Of a DNA stretch of 64,000 nucleotides, positions 1 through 9,470 are shown one piece after another; within the stretch, counting starts at the first letter, position 1; the number at the start of each line of letters is the position of its first letter. The notes beneath the pieces were generated by a model. That model did no database searches, had not been told where the DNA came from, and was given only the letters and a program-made list of their open reading frames with translations. A program made the position numbers and the translations under genes. Source of the stretch: Pseudomonas aeruginosa PAO1 (GTDB lineage Bacteria > Pseudomonadota > Gammaproteobacteria > Pseudomonadales > Pseudomonadaceae); assembly GCF_000006765.1 (NCBI RefSeq), contig NC_002516.2; one strand, 5' to 3'.

Positions 1-57
1 CCCGCCGACGCCCGGAACGGCGGCGGCTACGCGCCGCCACCACGCTATCGCGACTGA
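1..57 (+). CDS. 3' end of an upstream gene (partial), ...PADARNGGGYAPPPRYRD*
   Basis: Frame 1 is open from the window edge to TGA at 55-57. Too short to assign a product. Confidence 0.4.
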   Translation, partial: PADARNGGGYAPPPRYRD

Positions 58-122
58 GGCATCTTCACGAAAACTGCGCGGCGGCGTTCCTTCATAAGCA
101 ATCCATCTCACAGGAGCCGCCG

Positions 123-623
123 ATGAACCGCTTTTCACTGCCCCGCCCCGACGCACGCCAGTGCGTCGCCGGCCTGGGTTTCTCCGCCCTTCTGCTGCTG
201 GCCTCCTCGGCCAACGCCGCCGCCTGCCGCGACATCACCAGCGTGCAGCAAAGCGCCGACGCCACGCGCAATACCTCGATGGGCGGCCACGTGACCCAGC
301 ACATCTACGGGATGACGCCGCCGTCCGGCTCGTCGCAGAAAGACAAGACCCTGTTCAAGTCGAGAGGCAACTACGACGCGGCCTGGCGCCAGTACGGATA
401 CATCGACAATCCGGTGGCCTGCAGCGGCAACAGCAAGTTCCAGGTGGTTTCCCTGGAGAAGCTGCACATGGGCAAGATCGATGCCTACTCCTGCAAGCAG
501 GCCGACGGCCAGGGCGCCTGCACGCGCTGGGATACGTACATGGCCAAGGAGATTTCGTACGGTTTCGTCCTGAAGGACGGCAAGTGGATCCTCAATACCC
601 TCTACCCGGTTCCCCTCGACTAG
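123..623 (+). CDS. Sec-exported hypothetical protein, 166 aa, possibly RNase A-like/BECR nuclease fold (PA3318-like)
   Basis: AGGAG RBS upstream; hydrophobic signal peptide ending ANA-A; four Cys in the mature part; GGHxxxH and C-terminal LNTLYP motifs. Confidence 0.8.
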   Translation: MNRFSLPRPDARQCVAGLGFSALLLLASSANAAACRDITSVQQSADATRNTSMGGHVTQHIYGMTPPSGSSQKDKTLFKSRGNYDAAWRQYGYIDNPVACSGNSKFQVVSLEKLHMGKIDAYSCKQADGQGACTRWDTYMAKEISYGFVLKDGKWILNTLYPVPLD

Positions 624-680
624 GGCGCAGGCCGTCCGCGCCGGCCGCCCCATTGCAGGGAGCCGGCGCGGCCGTCCGGG

Positions 681-2759
681 TCAGAAGGTCAGCGTGCCCA
701 GGCCCATGCCCGGGTCGCTGAAGCCGGAGCGACCATCTTCCATGCGACCGCTGAAACGCCGCAGGAAGCTGTCCGCCCCCTGCGCGCTGACGCTGAAGTC
801 GTACCAGTTGCCGCTGCTGCGCAGCGAATAGCGGACTTCCCGGCGCTGTCCCGGCGGCACGTTGACGGTACGCCGCTCGCCCTGGCGATAGACGTTGTCC
901 TTGACCGTCAGCTTGACCGGATGGCGGCCACGGTTGATCAGTTGCACGCGCAGGTTGCCGAACAGCGGCTCGTAGTCGATCCGCACTTCCGGCAGCGGCG
1001 CCTTGCGCTCCGCCAGGTCGCGCCGCAGGTTGCCGCGAAAGACCCGGAGGAAACCGTTCGGACCGTGCACTTCCAGGTGGTAGTCGCCGCTGGCGTCGCC
1101 CTGGAAGCTGTCGTGCAGGCGCTTGCGCGCGCCGACGGTGTAGCGTTTCGGCGGGTTCTCGCTGTCGAGCAGGTCGAACACCTGGAACACCGCGCCGGCC
1201 TTGCCGGTGTTGGCGAAGGTCAGGCTCAGCGCATCTCCGCCGCTGCGGTAGCGCGCATGCACGCCCAGCTCGTAGGGCAAGGCGCGGGCCGGACGGATGC
1301 CCATTTCCTGCTTGGGCATGGCGGCCACCGCCGGCGGCTTCGGCTTCGGCAGCTTGATCTGGCTGGCGACGATGGCGTCGGCCTGGCTGGTGTCGGGCAG
1401 TTCGGGGAACGGCTCGTTGTTCGGGTTGGCGAAGTTGAACGCCGAGGTCAGGTCGCCGCAGACGGCACGACGCCAGGGACTGATATTCGGCTCCATGACC
1501 CCGAAGCGCTGCTCCAGGAAGCGGATCACCGAGGTGTGGTCGAACACCTGGGAGTTGACCCAGCCGCCCTTGCTCCACGGCGAGATCACGTACATCGGCA
1601 CCCGCGGGCCGAGGCCGTAGGGCTGGTTGCGATAACGGATATCGCCCTTGGTGTGCCATTCGAGGGTGGCGTCGGCGGTGGTCTTGCCACGCAGCGTGCC
1701 GTCCTTGTTCAGGCTCGGCGCGGCCGGCGGGGCGACGTGGTCGAAGAAGCCGTCGTTCTCGTCGAACATCACCAGCAGCGCGGTCTTGCTCCAGACCTCC
1801 GGGTTGGCGGTCAGCGCGTCGAGTACCCAGGAAGTGTACTCGGCCCCCCAGATCGGGCTGGACGGGCCGGGGTGTTCGGAGTACTTGGCCGGGGCGACGA
1901 TCCAGGACACCTGCGGCAGGCTATTGGCCAGCACGTCGCGCTTCAGCGCATCGAGCTTCCAGGTGCTCAGGCCGTTGACGATCAGCGGCGAGTCAGGCGC
2001 CGCGGCGCGGTACTGGCGGAAGCCGATCAGCGGGTTGTCGGAGAAGTTGTCGGCCATGTCCTGGTAGACCCGCCAGGTGATGCCGGCAGCCTGCAGGCGC
2101 TCGGGATAGGTGGTCCAGGTGTAGCCCTGCTCCACCGGGCCGTTGCTGTCGTGGTCGTTGGTGGTTACCGGACCACCGTGCTGGCCGAGCGGGTCGTTGG
2201 TGCCGGTCCAGAGGAACAGCCGGTTGGGGTTGGTGCCGCCCTGGAACGAGCAGTGATAGGCGTCGCAGATGGTGAAGGCGTTGGCCATCGCGAACTGGAA
2301 GGCGATGTCCTGCTCCTTGTAGTAGCCCAGGGAACGCTCGGTCTTGGCCGGCAGCCACTTGTCCATGCGCCCTTCGTTCCAGGCCTGCTGGGCGTCCGGC
2401 CAGGTGTGCGGGGTGCCGTCGACGCGCTGGGCGCTGGTGGTGCTGGTGTCGAAGTGGTAGGGCAGGATCTCGCCCTTGCTGCCCTTCTGGTGCCAGACCC
2501 GCTGGCCATCGGGCAGCGGGATCGCCATGCGGTCGCCGAAGCCGCGGACGCCCTTGAGGGTGCCGAAATAGTGGTCGAAGGAGCGGTTCTCCTGCATCAG
2601 GATCACCACGTGCTCGACGTCCTTGAGGTTGCCATGCCGGCGGTGCGCGGGAATCGCCAGGGCCGCCTGGATGCTCGACGGCAGCATGCTGGTGGCGACG
2701 GTGGCGCCGACCGTACCGGCGGCCAGGCGGATGAAGCTTCTTCTGCTTTTCGAAATCAT
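681..2759 (-). CDS. plcN: Non-haemolytic phospholipase C PlcN, 692 aa
   Basis: Tat signal SRRSFI after ATG 2759; phosphoesterase motifs ENRSFDHY and GPRVP; C-terminal DUF756-type repeats. Confidence 0.95.
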   Translation of the reverse strand: MISKSRRSFIRLAAGTVGATVATSMLPSSIQAALAIPAHRRHGNLKDVEHVVILMQENRSFDHYFGTLKGVRGFGDRMAIPLPDGQRVWHQKGSKGEILPYHFDTSTTSAQRVDGTPHTWPDAQQAWNEGRMDKWLPAKTERSLGYYKEQDIAFQFAMANAFTICDAYHCSFQGGTNPNRLFLWTGTNDPLGQHGGPVTTNDHDSNGPVEQGYTWTTYPERLQAAGITWRVYQDMADNFSDNPLIGFRQYRAAAPDSPLIVNGLSTWKLDALKRDVLANSLPQVSWIVAPAKYSEHPGPSSPIWGAEYTSWVLDALTANPEVWSKTALLVMFDENDGFFDHVAPPAAPSLNKDGTLRGKTTADATLEWHTKGDIRYRNQPYGLGPRVPMYVISPWSKGGWVNSQVFDHTSVIRFLEQRFGVMEPNISPWRRAVCGDLTSAFNFANPNNEPFPELPDTSQADAIVASQIKLPKPKPPAVAAMPKQEMGIRPARALPYELGVHARYRSGGDALSLTFANTGKAGAVFQVFDLLDSENPPKRYTVGARKRLHDSFQGDASGDYHLEVHGPNGFLRVFRGNLRRDLAERKAPLPEVRIDYEPLFGNLRVQLINRGRHPVKLTVKDNVYRQGERRTVNVPPGQRREVRYSLRSSGNWYDFSVSAQGADSFLRRFSGRMEDGRSGFSDPGMGLGTLTF

Positions 2760-2989
2760 CGGGGGACTCACCAGGTCAGGGTGTGGCACAGGGCTGCCGA
2801 GCGCATCCATGACGCCCGCAGGCTCACTCGGCAGCAAGCTGTTCGAACCCCGACGACGCTAGTGAGGGAAAAAGACGCTTTGGTTTCAACACGCTTTGCA
2901 ACAACTATTCATGCCAACTTCATCACAATTTGAGATCAAGATTTTGGTCTAGGCCAGATTCCACTTGACAGCCTTCGCCGGCACTCTCC

Positions 2990-3445
2990 TCACGCTCTTC
3001 CCCGCCATTGCAGGAGCAATACCCCCGCCACCACCAGCGCCAGGCCGAGATAGCCCTCCCAGGACAACCGGCGCACCGGGAAACCGGCCCAGCCGAACTG
3101 GTCGCAGAGCGCCGAGACCAGCATCTGCCCGGCCACCACGCACGCGATGAAAGTGGCGGCACCCAGGCGCGGCGCGACCAGGATCGCCACCGTCAGGTAG
3201 GCCGCGCCGAACAGCCCGCCGAGCCAGCTCCACCAGGGCGCGCCGCCGAGGCTGGCGGTAGCCGGCAGCGGCACCCGCACCAGCAGCAGGCCCAGGCTGA
3301 CCACCCCGAGGCTGACGCCCAGCGAAGTCAGGCTGGCGCTCAGCGGATGGCCGAGCAGGCGCCCGAGCAAGGCGTTGCTGCCGGCCTGCAGCACCACCAT
3401 GCCGCCCACCGAAACTGCCATCAGTACCATCAGATAATTGGGCAT
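2990..3445 (-). CDS. DMT family small membrane transporter (YdcZ/DUF606-like)
   Basis: 151 aa, about five hydrophobic helices, PWWSWLGG and GQM..S..D.FG motifs. Confidence 0.85.
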   Translation of the reverse strand: MPNYLMVLMAVSVGGMVVLQAGSNALLGRLLGHPLSASLTSLGVSLGVVSLGLLLVRVPLPATASLGGAPWWSWLGGLFGAAYLTVAILVAPRLGAATFIACVVAGQMLVSALCDQFGWAGFPVRRLSWEGYLGLALVVAGVLLLQWRGRA

Positions 3446-3533
3446 GCTGATTCTCCTCCTCCGGCCCTTGCCTCTGGAGCAGAGTTTTTGCTATCCACTT
3501 CGCGAATGGAAATCGATAGTTGGTACACCTTCC

Positions 3534-4448
3534 ATGCAGCAGATTCATGACCTACGCCGTATCGACCTCAACCTGCTGGTGGTGCTCGACGCGCTCCTCA
3601 GCGAGCGCCACGTGTCCCGCGCGGCGCAGCGCCTGGCCATGTCGCAGCCGGCGGTCAGCCACGCCCTCGGGCGTCTCCGCGAACTGTTCGGCGATCCACT
3701 GCTGGTGCGGGTGAAAAGCCGCATGCAGTTGACCAGCCTGGCGCTGGAGCTGGCGCCGAAGCTCCAGGCCAGCCTCGACCAGGTACGCGGGGTGATCGGC
3801 GGGCCGACCTTCGAACCGGTGCGCAGCCGACGCCACTTCCGCCTGGGCATGTCCGACTACGGCGCCTGGGTGGTGCTGCCGGCGCTGCTGCGCCAGCAAC
3901 AGGCGCTGGCGCCCGGGGTGAGCTTCGGGATAGTCCAGGAACCGCGCCTGGAAACCGCCCGTCAGGTCGCCGAAGGACAGCTGGACTGCGCGCTGGGGGT
4001 ATTCCCCCTGCTTCCGGAGGGCGTGCGCGCCAGGCGCCTGTTCGAGGAGCGTTTCGTCTGCGTCTGTCGGCGCAGCCTGTTCGACCGCCCCGACGGCCTG
4101 TCCCTCGACCGCTACCTGGCGGCCCGCCACGTGCGCGTCTCGCTACAGGACAACCCGGCCGAGGAAGTCGACAGCGCCCTGGAAAAACGCGGCCTGCGCC
4201 GGCAGGTGGCGCTGACCCTGCCGCACTTCACCGTGGCCCCGGCGCTGCTGGCCGGCACCGACCTGGTACTGACCATCGCCGAACGCACCCTCGAAAGGTT
4301 GCGGCTACCCGAGGAACTGGCGCTCTGCGAGCCGCCGCTGGCGATCCCGCGCTTCGACTATGTGCAGATCTGGCGCGGCGACGCCGAGCGCGAAGCGGCC
4401 GGCGCCTGGCTGCGGGAACAGATCCAGGCGGCGGCGCGGAAGATCTGA
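3534..4448 (+). CDS. LysR family regulator, divergent from the DMT gene
   Basis: N-terminal DLNLLVVLDALLSERHVSRAAQRLAMSQPAVSHALGRLR helix-turn-helix; 304 aa from ATG 3534. Confidence 0.92.
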   Translation: MQQIHDLRRIDLNLLVVLDALLSERHVSRAAQRLAMSQPAVSHALGRLRELFGDPLLVRVKSRMQLTSLALELAPKLQASLDQVRGVIGGPTFEPVRSRRHFRLGMSDYGAWVVLPALLRQQQALAPGVSFGIVQEPRLETARQVAEGQLDCALGVFPLLPEGVRARRLFEERFVCVCRRSLFDRPDGLSLDRYLAARHVRVSLQDNPAEEVDSALEKRGLRRQVALTLPHFTVAPALLAGTDLVLTIAERTLERLRLPEELALCEPPLAIPRFDYVQIWRGDAEREAAGAWLREQIQAAARKI

Positions 4449-4455
4449 AGAAGAG

Positions 4456-5268
4456 TCAGGAAGGCTTTTCCAGCTTGCGCAGCATCTCGCCGACACGCTC
4501 GCCGAGCATTTCGTTGGCCGACAGCTTGAGGCCGCGCGCCAGTTCCACCTGGACCACGTGTTCCGCCAGCGGGCGCAGGCGCAGGAACACCTTGGCCAGC
4601 TCCTGCAGGTCCGGCGCCCCGGGCAGCAGGTCGGTGCCGCGGCCGTCCACCAGGTGGGTGACGATCAGGCGGACGATTCCCGCCGCCAGATGCTCGGTGT
4701 CGCTGCGCAACTCGCCGAGTTGATCGAGCAGCGCCTCCAGCGGGATGCCGCTGCGGTACAGTTCCAGCCCGGCCTGGAACAGCCGTGGACTGGGGATCTT
4801 CATGCGCTCGCCGTCGAACAGCAGCAGGCCCAGCGCCTGGGCCTTGTCGATCACCCGGTCGTTCAGTTCGTCGCCGAAGATCGCCTGGAGTTCGTCGAAG
4901 CCGATGCTGCCGGGCGTCTCCAGGTTCCACTCGCCGATGATCGCCTGGTCCAGGCCGAGCACATGGTCGAGGTCGCGGCCCTGTTCCCAGGCTTCCAGCA
5001 GTTCCTTGATGTTGGCGCTGGAATAGCCGCGCTCGAGCAACTGGCTGATCAGCCGCAGGCGCTTGAGATGACTGTCGAAATACACGCCGACCCGGCCGCG
5101 CCGCTCCGGCGGCGGCAGCAGGCCGCGGTCCTGGTAGGCGCGTACGTTGCGCACGCTGCTGCCGGCCGCGCGAGCCAGTTCGTCGACGCTGTATTCGCGG
5201 GCATCCTCGGCGGACGGCTGCTCGCCACGTTGCAGCAGGCGCTGCAGGAGGGTCAGGGGTGTGCTCAT
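4456..5268 (-). CDS. MerR-type HTH regulator with an atypical C-terminal domain
   Basis: YSVDELARAAGSSVRNVRAYQDRGLLPPP winged HTH; divergent from the 5580 operon. Confidence 0.85.
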   Translation of the reverse strand: MSTPLTLLQRLLQRGEQPSAEDAREYSVDELARAAGSSVRNVRAYQDRGLLPPPERRGRVGVYFDSHLKRLRLISQLLERGYSSANIKELLEAWEQGRDLDHVLGLDQAIIGEWNLETPGSIGFDELQAIFGDELNDRVIDKAQALGLLLFDGERMKIPSPRLFQAGLELYRSGIPLEALLDQLGELRSDTEHLAAGIVRLIVTHLVDGRGTDLLPGAPDLQELAKVFLRLRPLAEHVVQVELARGLKLSANEMLGERVGEMLRKLEKPS

Positions 5269-5531
5269 GGAGGCGGATCATAACGAGGCCCGCCGAACGG
5301 CCACAACCTCCGGGGGCGCAACGCTCTTTGCCGGCGTCCGGATGCGCGGGCGCCAACCAAAGACTGGACTCGTCGGTCAGCCGCTTCTCCGGCACCACCG
5401 CCAAAACCCGGGGGAAACGTCCCGAGCCTTCTGCCCCGGGCCTTCCGGCGCCGGTAGCAAGTGCCGTAACACCGGCGTGAAGAGACTTCCCAGGGCTGGC
5501 GCAACGCCTGCTTATGGGCCAGCATCAACCA

Positions 5532-5549
5532 TGACATCAATCAATGTCA
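5532..5549. promoter_or_regulatory. Palindromic operator candidate TGACAT-N6-ATGTCA
   Basis: Perfect 6-bp inverted repeat 30 bp upstream of ATG 5580. Confidence 0.45.
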
Positions 5550-5579
5550 CAATAACGACAAGCCAGCCTGGAGAGAGCC

Positions 5580-6455
5580 ATGTCCCAAGGCGCCTGGGTA
5601 CCCACTCCCGACGATCTCGATCACTTCCGCCAGGTCCAGCGACTGGCCTATACCTGCTGCGAAACCATCCACGGCGAACTGCGCCCCGGCATCAGCGAGA
5701 GGGAAGCCGCGGCGCTGATGAAGACCTGGCTGCAGGATCACGGCGTCGACGACTGGTTCCACCAGCCCTTCGCCTGGTTCGGCAGCCGCACCTCGTTCAA
5801 GGGCTTCGACGGCCTGCGTCATCTCGGTGGCTTCAACCTGGCCTTCTACCCCGGCAAGCAGCGCCTGGAGGAAGGCATGCCGTTCATCCTCGACTGCGCG
5901 CCGACCCTCGGCGCCTATACCGCCGATGTCGGCTACTCCGGCGCACTAGGCCACAACCTGTTGCAGGAGCGGCTGATGGACGACCTGCTGATACACCGAC
6001 GCACCATCCTTGACCTGGTCCGCGAACGGCGCCCCCTGGCCGAAGTCAGCCAGGCGGTCGACCGGCTCTGCGTGATCCAGGGCACCCTGCCACGGCACAA
6101 GGCCTATCCCTTCGAAGTGCTCGCCCATCGCGTGGAAAAGCTCGGCAACCGCCGCGGTCCCTCGGTGGCGCGCTTCGGCGTGCGCAACCTGTACACCCTG
6201 ACGCGCAACGCGCTGGTCACCGGCAAGCGCGAAGGCTGGTCGCCGCTGTGGTCCAGCGGCAAGCGCTCCGAGCACCCGCCGACGTCCGGTCTCTGGGCGG
6301 TGGAACCGCACCTGGGGCTACGCGGGGTGGGCGCCAAGTTCGAAGAACTGCTGGTGGTCACCGAAGACGACGCCTACTGGCTCGACGACGACCTGCCGCA
6401 CGTCCGCCGCTGGCAGGCGCGCGGACTGCTGCCGCAAGCACGGGAGGCCGCATGA
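5580..6455 (+). CDS. M24 (pita-bread) peptidase-like protein
   Basis: D..D (LDCAP..ADVG), H (LAHRV), E (VEPH) and E (KFEE) ligand positions; stop overlaps the next ATG (ATGA). Confidence 0.8.
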   Translation: MSQGAWVPTPDDLDHFRQVQRLAYTCCETIHGELRPGISEREAAALMKTWLQDHGVDDWFHQPFAWFGSRTSFKGFDGLRHLGGFNLAFYPGKQRLEEGMPFILDCAPTLGAYTADVGYSGALGHNLLQERLMDDLLIHRRTILDLVRERRPLAEVSQAVDRLCVIQGTLPRHKAYPFEVLAHRVEKLGNRRGPSVARFGVRNLYTLTRNALVTGKREGWSPLWSSGKRSEHPPTSGLWAVEPHLGLRGVGAKFEELLVVTEDDAYWLDDDLPHVRRWQARGLLPQAREAA

Positions 6456-8230
6456 ACGCGCTCCTCGCCCTCCCCGACCTGCAGCCGGAACGCCTGTTCG
6501 TGCAGTCCGGCGACGTGCGCCTGGCGGTTCATTGCTGGGGCGCGCCGGACAACGGCAAGCCGACGCTGCTGATGGTGCATGGCTACCCGGACAACCACGA
6601 GACCTGGCTGCCGCTGATCCGCCAACTGGCCGGGCGCTACCGCATCGTCGCCTACGACGTGCGTGGCGCCGGCGCTTCGGACAAGCCACGCTGGAGCCGC
6701 GACTACCACCTGCAGCGGCTCAGCGAAGACCTGCAGGCGGTGATCCGCGCCACCAGCCCGGACCGCCCGGTACACCTGCTGGCCCATGACTGGGGCTCGA
6801 TCCAGACCTGGGAAAGCGTCACCGATCCGCAGTGCCGACCGCTGATCGCGTCCTATACCTCGATCTCCGGGCCCTGCCTGGACCATGTCGGTTTCTGGAT
6901 GCGCGAACACCTCAGGCAGCGCAGTCCGAAGGCCCTGAAAGCGGTATTCGGCCAGTTGCTCCACTCCTGGTACATCGCCTTCTTCCATACCCCCGTCGTA
7001 CCCGAGCTGCTCTGGAGCGCCGGCCTGGCCCGGCTCTGGCCGCAGTTCCTGAAGCACGCCGAAGGCGTCCGCCATCCGCAGGTCAACCCGACCCAGGCCA
7101 GCGACGGCCGGCACGGGGTCAAGCTGTACCGCGGCAACTTCATCCGCAGCCTGTTCCGTCCGCGCAAGCGCCACACCGAAGTGCCGGTGCAACTGATCGT
7201 ACCGACCCGCGACCGTTACGTCGGCGCCCAGCTGTTCCAGCACCTCAGCCTGTGGGCGCCACGCCTGTGGCGGCGCGAGGCGAGCGTCGGCCATTGGCAA
7301 CTGCTGGCCGAGCCGGAGCAACTGGCCGGCTGGCTCGGCGAGTTCATCGACGCCCAGGAAACCGGCGAGTCGCCGCCGGCCCTGCAACGCGCCCAGGTCC
7401 GGCCCGACGCGAGCTCGATGAACGGCAAGCTGGTGGTGGTCACCGGCGCCGGCGGCGGCATCGGCCGTTCGACCCTGCTCAGCTTCGCCGAGCGCGGCGC
7501 CAGCCTGCTCGCCGCCGATCTCGACCTGGAAGCCGCCGAACGCAGCGCCGAACTGGCCCGCGCCCTTGGCGCCACGGCCCATGTCTACCAGGTCGACGTC
7601 GGCGATACCCAGGCCATGGAGACCTTCGCCGAGTGGGTGCGCGACACCCTCGGAGTCCCGGATGTGGTAGTCAGCAATGCCGGCATCGGCATGGCCGGAC
7701 CGATGCTCGACACCTCGCCCGCGGAATGGGAGCGCCTGCTGCGGGTCAACCTGTGGAGCGTGATCGACGGCTGCCGCCTGTTCGGCCGGCAGATGATCGC
7801 GGCGAACAAGCCGGGGCACCTGGTCAATGTCGCCTCCGGCGTGGCCTTCGCGCCGTCGCGCAACTACCCCGCCTACGCCACCAGCAAGGCCGCGGTACTG
7901 ATGCTCAGCGAATGCCTGCGGGCGGAACTGGCCGGACGTTCGATCGGAGTCACCGCGGTGTGCCCGGGCTTCGTCGATACCGGCATTGTCCAGGCCACCC
8001 GCTTCGTCGGCATGGACGCCGAACGCCAGGCACGGCGCCAGGCGAAGATCCAGCGCTTCTACAAGCGACGCCGGCTCAGCCCGGACACCGTCGGGGAAAA
8101 GCTGGTGCGCGCCGTGGAGCGCAACAAGGCGGTGGTCTCGGTGGGCAGCGAGGTGCACCTCGGCGCCCTGCAATGGCGCTTCGCGCCCTGGGCCACGCGG
8201 TTTCTCGCGCGCTTCGACCTGACTTCCTGA
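6452..8230 (+). CDS. Alpha/beta-hydrolase - SDR fusion (EphD-like), 592 aa
   Basis: HGYPD and HDWG hydrolase motifs; TGAGGGIG, NAG and YATSK SDR motifs; GGAGG RBS before ATG 6452. Confidence 0.9.
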   Translation: MNALLALPDLQPERLFVQSGDVRLAVHCWGAPDNGKPTLLMVHGYPDNHETWLPLIRQLAGRYRIVAYDVRGAGASDKPRWSRDYHLQRLSEDLQAVIRATSPDRPVHLLAHDWGSIQTWESVTDPQCRPLIASYTSISGPCLDHVGFWMREHLRQRSPKALKAVFGQLLHSWYIAFFHTPVVPELLWSAGLARLWPQFLKHAEGVRHPQVNPTQASDGRHGVKLYRGNFIRSLFRPRKRHTEVPVQLIVPTRDRYVGAQLFQHLSLWAPRLWRREASVGHWQLLAEPEQLAGWLGEFIDAQETGESPPALQRAQVRPDASSMNGKLVVVTGAGGGIGRSTLLSFAERGASLLAADLDLEAAERSAELARALGATAHVYQVDVGDTQAMETFAEWVRDTLGVPDVVVSNAGIGMAGPMLDTSPAEWERLLRVNLWSVIDGCRLFGRQMIAANKPGHLVNVASGVAFAPSRNYPAYATSKAAVLMLSECLRAELAGRSIGVTAVCPGFVDTGIVQATRFVGMDAERQARRQAKIQRFYKRRRLSPDTVGEKLVRAVERNKAVVSVGSEVHLGALQWRFAPWATRFLARFDLTS

Positions 8231-8239
8231 GAGCCTGCC

Positions 8240-9127
8240 ATGAGCGAATTCCACCACAAGCTGGTCCAGCGCAAGGTCCGCTTCGACTTCAGCGATACCC
8301 CCCTGCACTGGGTTCCCGGCGAAGCGGAAGCGTCCCAGGTGATGAACGTCCTGCACATGCTCCTGCCTTCCGGCGAACTGTGGTTCTGCCGCCTCTACAA
8401 CAAGGCCCTGCCGCTGGTTAGCGACGCCCGCCTGCGCGACGACGTGCAGGGTTTCATCCGCCAGGAAGCGATGCATTCGCGGGCCCACGACGGCGCGATC
8501 CAGCGCTACCTGAGCAGGTTCGACATCGACTCCAAGCCGTTCACCGACAAGATGGATTTCCTTTTCGAACGCCTGCTCTGCGACTACCCGCTGGGGCAGA
8601 ACCGCCTGACCCGCGCCCTCGACGGCTGGTGGCTGCGCCAGCGCTGCGCGATCATCGCCGCGGTGGAGCATTTCACCTGCGTGCTCGGCAAGTGGGTGCT
8701 GGAGGCCCGGGAGCTGGATCGCCGCGGCAGCGACCCGGTGATGCTCGACCTGCTGCGCTGGCACGGCGCCGAGGAAGTAGAGCACCGCAGCGTCGCCCAC
8801 GACCTGCACGTGCATCTGGGCGGCAGCTTCGTCACCCGGCAACTGACCATGCTGTTGGTCATCGCGATACTGGTCTACCTGCTCGCCGACGGCACCCGCA
8901 CCCTCCTCGACCAGGACCCGAGCCTGCGTGGCGCCAAGCGCCAGGGATTCCTACGAACCTGGTGGCGGCTCGGCAAGCAGGGCCTGCTGCCGAACCTCGC
9001 GCGCACCTTCCGCGACGTCGCCCGTTACTTCAATCCCTGGTACCACCCCGAGCACGAGGCGAATACCCAGGAAGCCCTGGAATACCTGGCCAACTCGCCG
9101 GCGGCCCGGCGCGCGGCGAACGCCTGA
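8240..9127 (+). CDS. Predicted metal-dependent hydrolase family protein with a ferritin-like diiron ligand pattern
   Basis: GELWF, QEAMH, VEHF and EEVEH motifs in a 295 aa helical protein. Confidence 0.8.
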   Translation: MSEFHHKLVQRKVRFDFSDTPLHWVPGEAEASQVMNVLHMLLPSGELWFCRLYNKALPLVSDARLRDDVQGFIRQEAMHSRAHDGAIQRYLSRFDIDSKPFTDKMDFLFERLLCDYPLGQNRLTRALDGWWLRQRCAIIAAVEHFTCVLGKWVLEARELDRRGSDPVMLDLLRWHGAEEVEHRSVAHDLHVHLGGSFVTRQLTMLLVIAILVYLLADGTRTLLDQDPSLRGAKRQGFLRTWWRLGKQGLLPNLARTFRDVARYFNPWYHPEHEANTQEALEYLANSPAARRAANA

Positions 9128-9470
9128 AAACAATTCACTGGAAATACCGGCAAGCGCCGCGGAAGCTGGAACTTTCCCGGCGCTTGTCCATTGTTACGTC
9201 AGGGCGAGTCAAACAAGGCCGGCAGACGGAAGGTAATTTCCGTAAGCCTGAAAAATGTCGCTCGATAGAATAATTGAAAATAACGGGCGCGCGACGTGAG
9301 ACTTTGCAAAAGCCAGCCATTCCTGCTGATGGCATTTTGAAATGCAAGCAAAATAAAAGTAAGAAAATTTACCCTATCGATCGGAAATTAAAGAAAGAAA
9401 AGCGAGCGAGAAGAGAATCGGGAAATACGCTCTTCGCGCCCGCCTTCGTATTTATCCGGCCTGCGGAAAC

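Noticed and set aside
2760-2837. N-terminal extension of PlcN in the ORF track, and similar extensions for clpP2, azeB, cheR1, hsbA, amiC and amiB
   Set aside because: Downstream starts give the expected Tat signal, RBS placement and protein lengths as I recall them.
2905-2925. TTCAT direct repeat at 11-bp spacing upstream of plcN (possible Pho box)
   Set aside because: Weak match to CTGTCAT and in the opposite orientation to plcN. PhoB control is plausible but this site is not supportable from sequence alone.
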